From Bacillota bacterium (GTDB lineage Bacteria > Bacillota > UBA994 > UBA5500): a DNA stretch of 64,000 nt. Both the position numbers and the translations under genes were made by a program. Every line of letters starts with the position of its first letter. Position 1 is the first letter of the stretch. Positions 10,341 to 19,829 of this stretch are shown here, piece by piece. The stretch is taken from positions 64,749-128,748 of the forward strand of contig JBMNFA010000007.1 of NCBI GenBank assembly GCA_050949055.1. The letters are read 5' to 3'. The notes beneath the pieces were generated by a model. It was not told the DNA's origin. It searched no databases and saw only the letters and a list, made by a program, of their open reading frames with translations.

Positions 10341-10559
10341 TTAAGGCCTGACTGACACGGCCCAGCTGCCATCCGCCTGCTGCTCCACCGTCGGTTGCTT
10401 CTTGGTGACGGTGAGCAGGAAACGAGTCACATTTTCCTTGGCCACCGCTGTATCCACCAACACGGTCAACTGTTCTGTTCCGGCTTGTGCCAAGCCTTGC
10501 CGCGCCATGATCACCGGTTCCGGGCAGGAACGGCCCCGGGCATCAACTACCTTGCTCAT
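10341..10559 (-). CDS. yedF: TusA-like sulfurtransferase (YedF family)
   Basis: 72 aa with the CPxP motif (RGRSCPEPV). Confidence 0.75.
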   Translation of the reverse strand: MSKVVDARGRSCPEPVIMARQGLAQAGTEQLTVLVDTAVAKENVTRFLLTVTKKQPTVEQQADGSWAVSVRP

Positions 10560-11644
10560 CAGGCTTCCACCTCCTTGGACGAATGCTGTCTCCTCGCTAC
10601 CCGCAAGGTCTCACGCGTACCCAGCCCTAAAACTAACAGTAATACCAGCAGGCCCCAACTAGCTATCTGGCCATTTACTGGCACGCCGTTGCCGCTGGCC
10701 GCCAATCCGAAATTGTGGGCTATAGCAGCGCCCATGATCAGCCCCAGCACTGTGCTCATCGCATCCACGTCGCCTTCGCCAGCCAAGATCAATTGCCGCA
10801 ACGGGCAGCCTCCCAGCAGGGCAGCTCCCAACCCAGTCACCAGCATGCCGAGGAAGTTGTAGAGGTGGTTGCTGTGGGCAATCGGCTGCCCGGCGAAGCC
10901 CAGATTGAAGTTGCCCATCGCCAGGTTGAGCAGCAGGGCTGCCGCCAAAATGCCGATAAACCCGCTGATCAGGTGGCTATCCCTAAACAGGATCGCGTCT
11001 CGGATGCCGCCCACCATGCACAGACGGGTGCGCTGTGCGGCATAGCCGACCAGCAGCCCTGCCCCCAGAGAGATCAACACCGGGGCGGAAAGGGCACCAG
11101 GGCCTTCGCTGCTGCGGAAGATGAAGCCAGGAGCTACCAACGCCAGAATCACCAGGCCAACGGCAAACAGTGGCGCCGCCAGCCCAGCCGCTGGCGGTTG
11201 CGGATAGCTCCGCCCCAAAGTAAAACCGCTCCTGAGGCAGACCACTCCCAGAACGATGCCGGCGGTGAAGCCAGCCAGCCCGACCAGTGCATTCAAATCC
11301 CCGCCAGCCAACCTCAGCACCATTCTCAATGGACAACCGAGGAAGAGCAGGGCGCCGATGCTGACCATCATTCCCAGGAAAAAGCGCAGAACAGGGCTGG
11401 AGCCGCCCCGCGGACGGAACTCCTTGGCGAGTATGGCAGCCAGGAACGAACCAAGGATGAATCCTGGGATCTCCAGGCGAATGTTTTGCACCACCGCTGC
11501 TCGATGAAAGCCCAGCGCGCCGCTGATGTCCCGGAGGAAACAGACCACACAGACGCCCATGTTCTTGGGGTTGCCGAAGTAGACCAGCAGGGCCCCCAGC
11601 GCCCCCACCAACAACCCGACGGCGATAATCCTCTTTCTCTCCAC
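10559..11644 (-). CDS. yedE: YeeE/YedE family inner-membrane transporter (thiosulfate/selenium-related)
   Basis: 361 aa polytopic membrane protein with two YeeE/YedE repeats. Its stop overlaps the yedF start. Confidence 0.8.
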   Translation of the reverse strand: MERKRIIAVGLLVGALGALLVYFGNPKNMGVCVVCFLRDISGALGFHRAAVVQNIRLEIPGFILGSFLAAILAKEFRPRGGSSPVLRFFLGMMVSIGALLFLGCPLRMVLRLAGGDLNALVGLAGFTAGIVLGVVCLRSGFTLGRSYPQPPAAGLAAPLFAVGLVILALVAPGFIFRSSEGPGALSAPVLISLGAGLLVGYAAQRTRLCMVGGIRDAILFRDSHLISGFIGILAAALLLNLAMGNFNLGFAGQPIAHSNHLYNFLGMLVTGLGAALLGGCPLRQLILAGEGDVDAMSTVLGLIMGAAIAHNFGLAASGNGVPVNGQIASWGLLVLLLVLGLGTRETLRVARRQHSSKEVEA

Positions 11645-11828
11645 TCCTATGTACCTTCCCTTCCGAGTCCTTCGTCGTGCACGACCTAGGGTTCTGTATT
11701 TCAGTCAAATTATATGTCATTTTTATCTTTGTTACAACTATCACTTATATAAGAGTATTTCATGTCAACCGATTGGACCACAACTGGGACTTATAGCCCC
11801 CTTCCGGCCAGACTTGCCTGCGTCCTTA

Positions 11829-11873
11829 TTGACATATGCCCGTAATTGCGCATATACTGGTTATGGGCATATG
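11829..11873 (+). promoter_or_regulatory. Sigma-A-like promoter (TTGACA-18-TATACT) for the mrp operon, bracketed by a 9-bp inverted repeat CATATGCCC / GGGCATATG
   Basis: -35 at 11829..11834 and -10 at 11853..11858; the inverted repeat spans 11833..11841 and 11865..11873. Confidence 0.4.
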
Positions 11874-11905
11874 ACCAATACATATCTGGGAGGCGCAGTG
11901 ATTAG

Positions 11906-12676
11906 ATGGGATTGAACAGTTTCTTGGAGCCGGGGAATCAGTTGAGCCAGATCAAACACGTGATAGCTGTGATGAGCGGCAAAGGAGGGGTCGGCAAGTC
12001 GTCAGTGGCCGCCTTGCTGGCGTTGGGGTTGCAGCGATTGGGAAAGCAGGCAGGTATTCTGGATGCTGATATTACAGGCCCCAGCGTGCCGACGCTGCTC
12101 GGCGTCCACGAGCGACCACAGTCCAGCGAACTAGGCCTGTTTCCTGTTGAGAGCGCCAGCGGTGTGAAGGTGATCAGTCTCAACCTTTTGCTGGACCAGG
12201 AGGACCAACCAGTCATTTGGAGAGGCCCGCTGATCGCTGGCGCGGTGAAGCAGTTTTGGAACGACGTGGTTTGGGGCGATCTGGACTATCTGGTGGTCGA
12301 CTTGCCGCCCGGGACCGGCGACGCCCCGTTGACTGTGCTGCAGTCACTGCCGCTAACGGGTGTGGTTATCGTCAGCTCGCCGCAGGACCTGGCCGTGATG
12401 GTGGTGCGCAAAGCGATCAACATGGCCCGTAGTATGGATGTGCCGATTCTTGGCTTGGTTGAAAATATGAGTTATGTCAAGTGCCAGCACTGCCAAGAGA
12501 CCTTTGAGATCTTTGGCCCTAGTCAGGGAGAAGCCGTAGCTAAAGCAGCAGGCATCCCCTTCCTGGGGAGGATGCCGCTGGAGCCGGCCATGCGCTCTTT
12601 GGCCGATTCGGGCAGGTTGCACGAGTATCGCAACTCGGTCGTGGAAGAGATGGTTCAGGCATTAGTGCAGGAGTAA
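11906..12676 (+). CDS. apbC: Mrp/NBP35 (ApbC) family Fe-S cluster carrier ATPase
   Basis: The deviant Walker A motif SGKGGVGKSS and a CxxC motif (CQHC) are present. Confidence 0.85.
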   Translation: MGLNSFLEPGNQLSQIKHVIAVMSGKGGVGKSSVAALLALGLQRLGKQAGILDADITGPSVPTLLGVHERPQSSELGLFPVESASGVKVISLNLLLDQEDQPVIWRGPLIAGAVKQFWNDVVWGDLDYLVVDLPPGTGDAPLTVLQSLPLTGVVIVSSPQDLAVMVVRKAINMARSMDVPILGLVENMSYVKCQHCQETFEIFGPSQGEAVAKAAGIPFLGRMPLEPAMRSLADSGRLHEYRNSVVEEMVQALVQE

Positions 12677-12707
12677 CCCAGATAATGCAGCGGGAGGAGG
12701 TGAAGTG

Positions 12708-12929
12708 ATGCCCAGATTCGACGGTTCTGGCCCCGCCGGGCGAGGTCCGATGACCGGTTGGGGGCGGGGTAATTGCATTGTCCCTGTACGCGGCTGGGCT
12801 GCCCGGGCTGGGGTCCAGCGTGTGCCCAGCCGGCGGATCGTGCGGGGCTTTCGGAGACCCCCCCTCAGGGAAGAGATTGCCTCGCTGCGAAACCAGATCA
12901 ACCGGTCGCGCAGACAGTTGGAAAAGTGA
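12708..12929 (+). CDS. DUF5320-like small protein (MPRFDGSGPAGRGPMTGWGRGNC... plus C-terminal coiled coil)
   Basis: The N-terminal Gly/Pro-rich signature and the helical tail resemble small proteins that co-occur with DUF134 and NifX-like genes. Confidence 0.45.
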   Translation: MPRFDGSGPAGRGPMTGWGRGNCIVPVRGWAARAGVQRVPSRRIVRGFRRPPLREEIASLRNQINRSRRQLEK

Positions 12930-12992
12930 GGTGGCCACACGGCTAAAGCTCCGCGCAGCTTTGGCCATCATTCTCGTGGGAGGTGTCAGGTT

Positions 12993-13349
12993 ATGCGAAT
13001 TTGTATTACCAGCAAAGGCAAGGAACTCACCGATCAGTTGGACGAGCGCTTTGGACGCTGCTCATATCTCTTAGTGGTGGACACAAGCAGTGGAGCTGTG
13101 GAATCGCTGAAGAATCCCGGGGTGTTGGTAGATCATGGAGCGGCCATTGCTGCTGCTCAGCGCGTATTGGATGCTCAGGTAGACGTGCTGTTGACTGGGA
13201 ATCTGGGGCCGAACGCGGAAGGGATGCTGGAATCGCACAACATGACTGTATACCAAGCACGGAACTGTAGTGTGCAGGAAGCTTTGGCAGCCTATCAAGC
13301 CGGGCAGCTGAAGCAGCTGCTGTCGGTGCGAACCGGTGCTGAGCAATGA
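12993..13349 (+). CDS. NifX/NafY/NifB-C-terminal-like dinitrogenase FeMo-cofactor-binding domain protein
   Basis: 118 aa with an MRICITSKG...FGRC start typical of the NifX-like fold. Confidence 0.65.
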   Translation: MRICITSKGKELTDQLDERFGRCSYLLVVDTSSGAVESLKNPGVLVDHGAAIAAAQRVLDAQVDVLLTGNLGPNAEGMLESHNMTVYQARNCSVQEALAAYQAGQLKQLLSVRTGAEQ

Positions 13350-14176
13350 AAGTCGCAGTCCTCAGTGGCAAGGGTGGCACCGGCAAGACTACGGTGGCGG
13401 TCAATTTGGCTCACGTCATGCGCTGGCGCTACATGGATTGCGATACTGAAGAGCCGAACGGCTGGGCATTTCTGCAGCCGAAGCTGCTGCAGTCAGAAGC
13501 CGTCCGGATTCCCAATCCGGTTGTCGATCAGGAGTTATGTACCCGCTGTGGTTCATGCGCGCAGGCCTGCCAGTTTCAAGCTCTTGGTGTGACCGCAAAA
13601 GGAGTGCTGATCTTTTCCCAGTTGTGTCACGGTTGCGGTCTCTGTTCACTGGTCTGCCCTGAGCAGGCTATTGATGAACAGCCTAGGGAAATTGGCCGAA
13701 TCGACCATGGCCTTGGCCCAAACGGCGAGTGTTGGCAGGGGGTGATGAATGTGGGGGAGTTGGCTGGCGCACGCATTATTGAGCAGATGTTGCGCCAGCT
13801 AACAGGCACCACCCCTCTGATCATGGACTGTGCGCCAGGCACGTCCTGCAACGTGATTGCCGTCGCCAAGCACGCCGACTTCGCCCTCCTGGTCACCGAG
13901 GCCACTCCTTTTGGTGCGCATGATTTGGAGGCCTCCATCAAGTTGCTGCAGTCGCTAGGCCTGCCGGGAGCGATTGTGGTCAACCGCTCCGTCGAGGACG
14001 CTGGTCTGATCTCAGATGTGGCTGACCATTATCAGCTGCCAATTATTGCCCGGTTACCTTTCAGTCGCCATGCGGCCGCATTGACTGCCGCTGGCAAACT
14101 GCTACAGGGCGAGGACTTCCCTGAGATGTTTGCCCAGCTCGGAGATCGCATTCGGGGGTTGATCAGATGCAACTAG
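13346..14176 (+). CDS. MinD/ParA-type P-loop ATPase with 2x[4Fe-4S] ferredoxin insert
   Basis: Walker A motif LSGKGGTGKTT, plus CTRCGSCAQACQ and CHGCGLCSLVCPEQA. Confidence 0.7.
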   Translation: MKVAVLSGKGGTGKTTVAVNLAHVMRWRYMDCDTEEPNGWAFLQPKLLQSEAVRIPNPVVDQELCTRCGSCAQACQFQALGVTAKGVLIFSQLCHGCGLCSLVCPEQAIDEQPREIGRIDHGLGPNGECWQGVMNVGELAGARIIEQMLRQLTGTTPLIMDCAPGTSCNVIAVAKHADFALLVTEATPFGAHDLEASIKLLQSLGLPGAIVVNRSVEDAGLISDVADHYQLPIIARLPFSRHAAALTAAGKLLQGEDFPEMFAQLGDRIRGLIRCN

Positions 14177-15030
14177 TGGTATTGAGTGGCAAGGGAGGTA
14201 CCGGCAAGACGACAGTGGCAGCAGCGATAACCAGGTTGGCCGCTTGTCCTCTGGCCGTCGACTGCGATGTGGATGCGGCCAATCTGCACCTTTTGTTGGG
14301 CATGCGGGATTTATCCAGTGAAGATTTTTCCGGCTCCAAGGTGGCAGAACTGGACGATAGCCGGTGTGTGCGCTGCAACCGTTGTGGCAGCGTCTGCCGC
14401 TTCGACGCCATTGAGTATGGGATGGTAGATCAGTTGAGCTGTGAGGGATGTGGCGCCTGTGTCTACGCCTGTCCGTATGACGCCCTGGCGCTGGTAGATC
14501 AGACCATCGGGCAGGTGTTTCTCACCAGTACCACATGGGGACATCTCAGCCGGGCCGAGATGTATCCTGGGGCAGATGGATCCGGAAAGCTGGTCACCCG
14601 CGTGCGGGAGCAAGCCGCGGAAATTGCTGACCGCGCGTCAAGTCCGACCATCTTGGATGGCCCGCCTGGTATCGGCTGCCCTGTGATCGCCACCCTCACC
14701 GGTTGTGACGCCGCTCTCTTGGTCCTAGAACCCAGTTACTCCAGTCAACATGACTTCTTGCGTTTGCTGCAACTGCTTCACAAATTTGACATCAAGACGT
14801 ACGCCTGTATCAACCGTCACGACCTAAGTCCCGATAACTGTCGAGAGTTGCAGCAGGTTTGTGAGCAGAAAGGAGTTCCCATCGTCGGTTTGATTCCCTT
14901 CGATCCGCTGGTAATGGAGGCGCACCGGCAGCTGAAGTCAATTCTGGACTTTGAAGACAGCCCTGCTGCTGAAGCCATCCGCCAGATTTGGGCTAATCTC
15001 AGCAAAATGATAGGAGTTGATCAACAGTGA
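14167..15030 (+). CDS. Second MinD/ParA-type P-loop ATPase with 2x[4Fe-4S] ferredoxin insert
   Basis: Motifs LSGKGGTGKTT, CVRCNRCGSVCR and CEGCGACVYACP. It overlaps the previous gene. Confidence 0.7.
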   Translation: MQLVVLSGKGGTGKTTVAAAITRLAACPLAVDCDVDAANLHLLLGMRDLSSEDFSGSKVAELDDSRCVRCNRCGSVCRFDAIEYGMVDQLSCEGCGACVYACPYDALALVDQTIGQVFLTSTTWGHLSRAEMYPGADGSGKLVTRVREQAAEIADRASSPTILDGPPGIGCPVIATLTGCDAALLVLEPSYSSQHDFLRLLQLLHKFDIKTYACINRHDLSPDNCRELQQVCEQKGVPIVGLIPFDPLVMEAHRQLKSILDFEDSPAAEAIRQIWANLSKMIGVDQQ

Positions 15031-15386
15031 TCGTGGCGCTAGCCTTAGAGAAAGATGAAAAAATCGCCCAGCATTTCGGACGTTGCCCCACCTTCCGCTT
15101 GGTGAGGATTGAGGGGGGGCGTCAAGTGGCCGTGCATGATCTCCCCAGTCCGCGGCACCAACCCGGATTGTTGCCGCGAGTGCTGAAGGAGTATGGCGTT
15201 GATGTGGTGGTTGCCGGGGGTATGGGTGGCTCCGCCCAGGGTCTGTTCCAGCAGTACGGCATCGAAACAGTGGTTGGGGTTGCAGGAGATGGTCAGTCAA
15301 TAATCGAACAGTTTGTTAGGGGGCAGCTTCGCTCCACCGGTGAGGTATGTCGCGAACATAGCTACGAAGATGAATGTGGGAAGTAG
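15027..15386 (+). CDS. NifX-like FeMo-cofactor-binding domain protein (second copy)
   Basis: 119 aa with an IAQHFGRCPTF motif; the start overlaps the upstream stop. Confidence 0.55.
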   Translation: MIVALALEKDEKIAQHFGRCPTFRLVRIEGGRQVAVHDLPSPRHQPGLLPRVLKEYGVDVVVAGGMGGSAQGLFQQYGIETVVGVAGDGQSIIEQFVRGQLRSTGEVCREHSYEDECGK

Positions 15387-15413
15387 CCCCGGAGAAATGG
15401 AGGTAGATATTAA

Positions 15414-15794
15414 ATGAAACAACCGATCGCCAGCGAATTGGCACCGGCAGCTGTTGGACCTTATTCTCAGGCTGTAAAGACAGGCAATCTGCTATTTGTC
15501 TCTGGCACCCTACCCATCGACCCTAAGACCGGCGAGCTGGCCCCGGGAGGCATTGAGGGACAGACCCGCATGGTGTTTGAGAACATGCGCTGTGTTCTGG
15601 CTGCAGCCGGAGCTGACTTCTCCAATTTGGTTAAGACTACCGTCTACTTAGCGGATATCGCAGATTTCGCCGCCATGAATGCCATCTATGCCGAATATGT
15701 CCCCAGCCCCTTCCCCGCCCGGGCTGCTTTCCAGGTCTCCGCTCTGCCTAAGGGAGCAATGGTGGAAATTGAGGCCGTGGTTGAGTTATCATAA
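15414..15794 (+). CDS. ridA: RidA/YjgF family reactive-intermediate deaminase
   Basis: 126 aa with the [10 protein letters not shown]...VEIEAVV signature. Confidence 0.85.
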   Translation: MKQPIASELAPAAVGPYSQAVKTGNLLFVSGTLPIDPKTGELAPGGIEGQTRMVFENMRCVLAAAGADFSNLVKTTVYLADIADFAAMNAIYAEYVPSPFPARAAFQVSALPKGAMVEIEAVVELS

Positions 15795-15877
15795 TATAAG
15801 GAGAGGTTGATAGTCTGCACGCGACTGTCGCTCGATCCATATCCGCTGTTCTTTGAACATGCATGAGGAGGTGACGC

Positions 15878-16264
15878 ATGCCTAGACCGCCGATACACCG
15901 CATGGTAGAACGTGAACCGATCTGTACTGTCTTCAAGCCAGCGGGCAGGCCGATGGCCGGGATGGAAGAAGTGGTGGTCACGGTTGAAGGAATCGAGGCT
16001 ATCAGGTTAAAAGACCTGTTGGGACTCGACCAGGAAGAGTGCGCCGAATGCATGCATGTTTCCCGAGCCACATTCCAACGCCTGTTGACCGTCGCCCGCG
16101 AGGGAGTTGCCCGGGCGATCGTCGAGGGCAGGCCCTTGCGTATCCAAGGTGGGCACTACCGCTTGCGAGGCGCGTGCCAGGCGCTGCGCGGCCCTGGCCG
16201 CAGAAGAGCCCGCTGCCGGCGGCAATGCTATCAGACGCTGGATGGCTCGCGAGAGTCAGAATAG
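15878..16264 (+). CDS. DUF134 domain protein (predicted DNA-binding, sigma-70 region-4-like HTH)
   Basis: MPRPP..R....EP....FKP.G.P.....EVVVTVEGIEAIRLKDLLGLDQEECAECMHVSRATFQRLL matches the DUF134 consensus. Confidence 0.7.
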   Translation: MPRPPIHRMVEREPICTVFKPAGRPMAGMEEVVVTVEGIEAIRLKDLLGLDQEECAECMHVSRATFQRLLTVAREGVARAIVEGRPLRIQGGHYRLRGACQALRGPGRRRARCRRQCYQTLDGSRESE

Positions 16265-16495
16265 TTGGCGTGAGTATAAGTTTGAGGCCACTTGCTGAGT
16301 CTAACCAGCGAGTGGTCTCCTTTTTGGTGCCCAAGCGACCTCAGGGCTGGGGTCGCCGCAGGGGGAAGCCGATGCAGGAGCGAGGAGAGGGAAACTACCC
16401 CTAGATGCCCCGTCTTGGCAGGGGAAATGGATTTGGATGCAGAATTTACCTAATAGGGCATGTACGCAGAGCATGCAGTTAAAGGAGGGTTTCTG

Positions 16496-17983
16496 ATGCA
16501 AGTAAAGATCACTAACCAATGCGCCATCGGGCTGCCAGTCGACTCCATGATCATCGGGTTGTTCCAAGGCAAGGAACAGCTAGATGGCCATGTGGCTGCT
16601 GTGGATCAGAAGAGCGGCGGACTGATCAGTCGGGTGCTCGATCAGGGAGACTTTGAGGGCAAGCTGAATGAAACGCTGACCCTCTATCCGGACGGCCTCA
16701 AGGCTAAGAAGCTGGTGCTGGTCGGTCTGGGGAAAGAGCAGCAGTTGGGTTTGGAGCAGATCCGCCAGGCTGCTGGCAGCGCCTTTAAGGTGGCTGCCAA
16801 AGGCAAGGTGAAGGACATAGCCTTTGTCTTGCACGGTCTGAATGTGGAAGGATTGTGCCCCATGCGTGTCACCGCTGCGGTGGTGGAGGGCAGTCTGATG
16901 GCCGACTATCATTATGACCAACTGAAGGCCAAGAAACGGGAACAGACTGTTGGTGAGTTACTGCTGATCAACTGCGAGCCAGACAAGTTGGCTGCAGTGG
17001 AGCAGGGCGTCCGGCGCGGTGTGATTATGGGCGAAGCCACCAATCTGGCTCGCGACCTGGTCAATGCCCCCGCAAACTATATGACCCCCACCCATATGGC
17101 CGCAGCGGCTGCCCAGGTGGCCAAGGAGGCAGGGCTGGAAATTGAAGTGTTAGAGCGAGCGGACATGGAGCGACTGGGTATGGGTTGTCTGCTGGGAGTA
17201 GCCCAGGGCAGTGCACAGCCGCCGAAGATGATCGTCCTGCGCTATCAGGGCAATCCAGGCGGGGAGACGCTGGCGCTGGTGGGTAAAGGCCTAACTTTTG
17301 ACAGCGGCGGCATCTCCATCAAGCCTAGCCAGGGCATGCAGAATATGAAGGATGACATGGGGGGCGGCGCGGCGGTAATCGCGGCCATGCGTGCCATTGG
17401 CCAGCTAAAGCCGAAGACCAATGTCATCGGTGTGGTGCCCTGCACCGAGAACTTGCCATCCGGTACCGCGCTGAAGCCGGGCGACGTGCTGCGGGGGATG
17501 AGCGGCAAGACCATAGAGATCATCAGCACCGACGCCGAAGGTCGGCTCATTCTGGCCGATGCAGTGGCCTATGCGGAGCACCTAGGGGCTACCAAGATCG
17601 TCGATGCAGCCACTCTTACCGGTGCCTGTGTGGTCGCCTTGGGCAACGTGTACGCCGGCATCGTCGCCAATTGCGACGATCTGGTGGCCGATGTGCAGGC
17701 TGCTGCTGACAAGTCAGGCGAGAAGTTCTGGCGTTTGCCCAACCACGACGAGTACCGCGAGCTGTACAAGAGCGATGTGGCCGACATCAAGAACGGCGGT
17801 GCCCGTGGGGGCGGTGCCATCACCGGCGGGCTGATCATCAGCGAGTTCATCAAAGACGCAGCCTGGGCGCATCTGGATATCGCCGCCATGGTGATCACCG
17901 AGCACGCCAAAGGCTACCAGGTCAAGGGTGCCACCGGTTTCGCCGCTCGCACCATGGCCGAATTGGGCTGCCTGGAGAAATGA
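16496..17983 (+). CDS. pepA: Leucyl aminopeptidase (M17)
   Basis: The M17 signature NTDAEGRL and conserved metal ligands are present. An RBS (AAAGGAGGG) sits before the ATG at 16496. Confidence 0.85.
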   Translation: MQVKITNQCAIGLPVDSMIIGLFQGKEQLDGHVAAVDQKSGGLISRVLDQGDFEGKLNETLTLYPDGLKAKKLVLVGLGKEQQLGLEQIRQAAGSAFKVAAKGKVKDIAFVLHGLNVEGLCPMRVTAAVVEGSLMADYHYDQLKAKKREQTVGELLLINCEPDKLAAVEQGVRRGVIMGEATNLARDLVNAPANYMTPTHMAAAAAQVAKEAGLEIEVLERADMERLGMGCLLGVAQGSAQPPKMIVLRYQGNPGGETLALVGKGLTFDSGGISIKPSQGMQNMKDDMGGGAAVIAAMRAIGQLKPKTNVIGVVPCTENLPSGTALKPGDVLRGMSGKTIEIISTDAEGRLILADAVAYAEHLGATKIVDAATLTGACVVALGNVYAGIVANCDDLVADVQAAADKSGEKFWRLPNHDEYRELYKSDVADIKNGGARGGGAITGGLIISEFIKDAAWAHLDIAAMVITEHAKGYQVKGATGFAARTMAELGCLEK

Positions 17984-18039
17984 AGCGAGGGGGCAGTCCC
18001 TTCGTGTCACTTGATCTGCTGCATTCTTCGTGGTAATCT

Positions 18040-18290
18040 GAAAGACACCAAAACTAGGCGATGAACGAAGCCAGTAGTCAGTGCGCTGGGTGCAAAGAGA
18101 GTCGGTGGGTGGTGTGAACCGATGTCGGCGTGCGGATGAATTACCTTCGGGAGCTTTCCTGACGAAGGGAAGTAGTCAGGGACGGAACCTTTCCGTTATC
18201 AAGTCTGAGGTGGGTGGGCTACTGGTCCACCAACCAGGGTGGTACCGCGAGCTAAGAACTCGTCCCTGCATGGGGACGGGTTCTTTTTTG
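18040..18290 (+). promoter_or_regulatory. T-box riboswitch leader (tyrosine specifier UAC) with terminator/antiterminator
   Basis: AGAGAG/GGTGG stem I elements lie near 18085..18105, and the specifier GAAUUACC sits at 18139..18146. The T-box sequence AGGGTGGTACCGCG is at 18235..18249. A terminator hairpin at 18261..18279 is followed by a T-run at 18281..18288. Confidence 0.75.
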
Positions 18291-18318
18291 ACACGAGGGG
18301 ACTGTCCCCTCCTGTCAC
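18290..18318. repeat. GGGGACWGTCCCC-core palindromic element inside tyrS leader (after T-box terminator)
   Basis: GACACGAGGGGACTGTCCCCTCCTGTCAC. Confidence 0.6.
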
Positions 18319-18336
18319 CAGAAAGGTGGGAAAAGC

Positions 18337-19581
18337 ATGAACAAAACCCTTTCCCTCAAGCAGCAGTTGGCAATCCTATCCGGGGGAGCTGTGGAGATTA
18401 TCCCCAAGGAAGGGCTGGTGGACAAGCTGGCCCGTTCCATCCAGAGCGGTCAGCCTTTGAAGGTGAAGCTGGGGCTCGATCCCACCGCGCCGGACCTCCA
18501 TCTGGGGCACACCGTGGTGATCAACAAGCTGAAGCAGTTTCAGGATTTGGGCCATGTGGTGCAGTTGGTGATCGGCGATTTTACCGGCCGCATCGGCGAC
18601 CCCACCGGTCGCTCCGAGGCTCGGCAACAGCTGACTGAAGAAGCAGTGCAAGCAAATGCCCGCACCTATGTGGAGCAATATGGCAAGATCCTGGATATCG
18701 AGCGCACGGAACTGCACTTCAATAGCCACTGGCTGGCTCCCTTGCGCTTTGCCGACGTGGTGCGCCTTGCGGCCACCTACACGTTGGCCAGAATGCTAGA
18801 GCGGGAGGACTTCACCCACCGTTGGCAGAACAACCTGCCCATCAGCCTGCACGAGTTCTTCTACCCGCTGATGCAGGGCTATGACTCGGTGGCGCTGCAG
18901 ACCGATATCGAGATCGGCGGTACCGATCAGACTTTCAACTTGTTGGTCGGTCGCCATCTGCAGCGGGCATATGGCCAGCCTGAGCAGGTGGTGATGACCT
19001 TCCCTCTGTTGGAAGGCCTGGACGGAGTACAAAAGATGAGCAAGAGCCTGGGCAACTACGTCGGCATCAGCGAGCCGGCAGAGGAGATGTACGGCAAGGT
19101 GATGTCCATATCCGACCAACTCATGCTCAGGTACTACCAGTTGGTGACCGATATCGCCCCACCAGAGCTGCAACAGTTGCGGCAGGGGCTGGCCGATGGT
19201 TCTGTGCACCCCTTGGAGGCCAAGATGCGTCTGGCCGGGCAACTGGTGGCCCGCTACCACGGGGAGGAAGCAGCGCTTTTGGCCGCAGAGCATTTCCGCA
19301 CCGTCTTTCAGCAGCGGGAACTGCCGGAAGACATGCCAACTGTTGTCTGGAAGGCAGGGTCACAGGTAGCTATTATCGATTTGCTGTCCCTAACCAACTT
19401 GGTCGGCAGCAAGAGCGAAGCCCGGCGGATGGTGGAGCAGGGTGCCGTTAGGGTGGATCAGCACAAAGTACAAGATGTGCATCAGTCCATTAATGTCAAG
19501 AATGGGACTGTGGTCCAGGTGGGGCGACGGAAGTTCGCCAAGCTGGCTTTGAGCGACTGTGATAGTATTGATCTGGGGTAA
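18337..19581 (+). CDS. tyrS: Tyrosine--tRNA ligase
   Basis: HIGH motif (HLGH), KMSKS motif (KMSKSLGN) and a C-terminal S4 domain. Confidence 0.95.
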   Translation: MNKTLSLKQQLAILSGGAVEIIPKEGLVDKLARSIQSGQPLKVKLGLDPTAPDLHLGHTVVINKLKQFQDLGHVVQLVIGDFTGRIGDPTGRSEARQQLTEEAVQANARTYVEQYGKILDIERTELHFNSHWLAPLRFADVVRLAATYTLARMLEREDFTHRWQNNLPISLHEFFYPLMQGYDSVALQTDIEIGGTDQTFNLLVGRHLQRAYGQPEQVVMTFPLLEGLDGVQKMSKSLGNYVGISEPAEEMYGKVMSISDQLMLRYYQLVTDIAPPELQQLRQGLADGSVHPLEAKMRLAGQLVARYHGEEAALLAAEHFRTVFQQRELPEDMPTVVWKAGSQVAIIDLLSLTNLVGSKSEARRMVEQGAVRVDQHKVQDVHQSINVKNGTVVQVGRRKFAKLALSDCDSIDLG

Positions 19582-19829
19582 CAATTGCTTTGGCCCGGCA
19601 GTACAGCGAACATGGACGGCATGCGTTGTCTGAAAATTGCTTTGCAGCTTGTGGTCAGCCCAGCGATCCCCGGTGTTTGCTGGTCATCCTGTCTTGATTT
19701 GGCCGCTCGTCTGACCTGGCCATTGTCATTTCAGGCACAGCGAGCATGGCTGCTCAGGTGACAAGGGAAGAGTCCAGGCAGCGGGTGCAGTCCTGCATCG
19801 GAGTCAGTTCAGGACCGAAGTGACCTGGA

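Noticed and set aside
10715-11689. 324-aa plus-strand ORF antisense to yedE, and many similar 60-300-aa ORFs antisense to addA, addB, sbcC, csd, DinG
   Set aside because: The translations are low-complexity (Q/H/R/P/G-rich), lack start or RBS context and sit opposite well-supported genes. They are high-GC artefacts.
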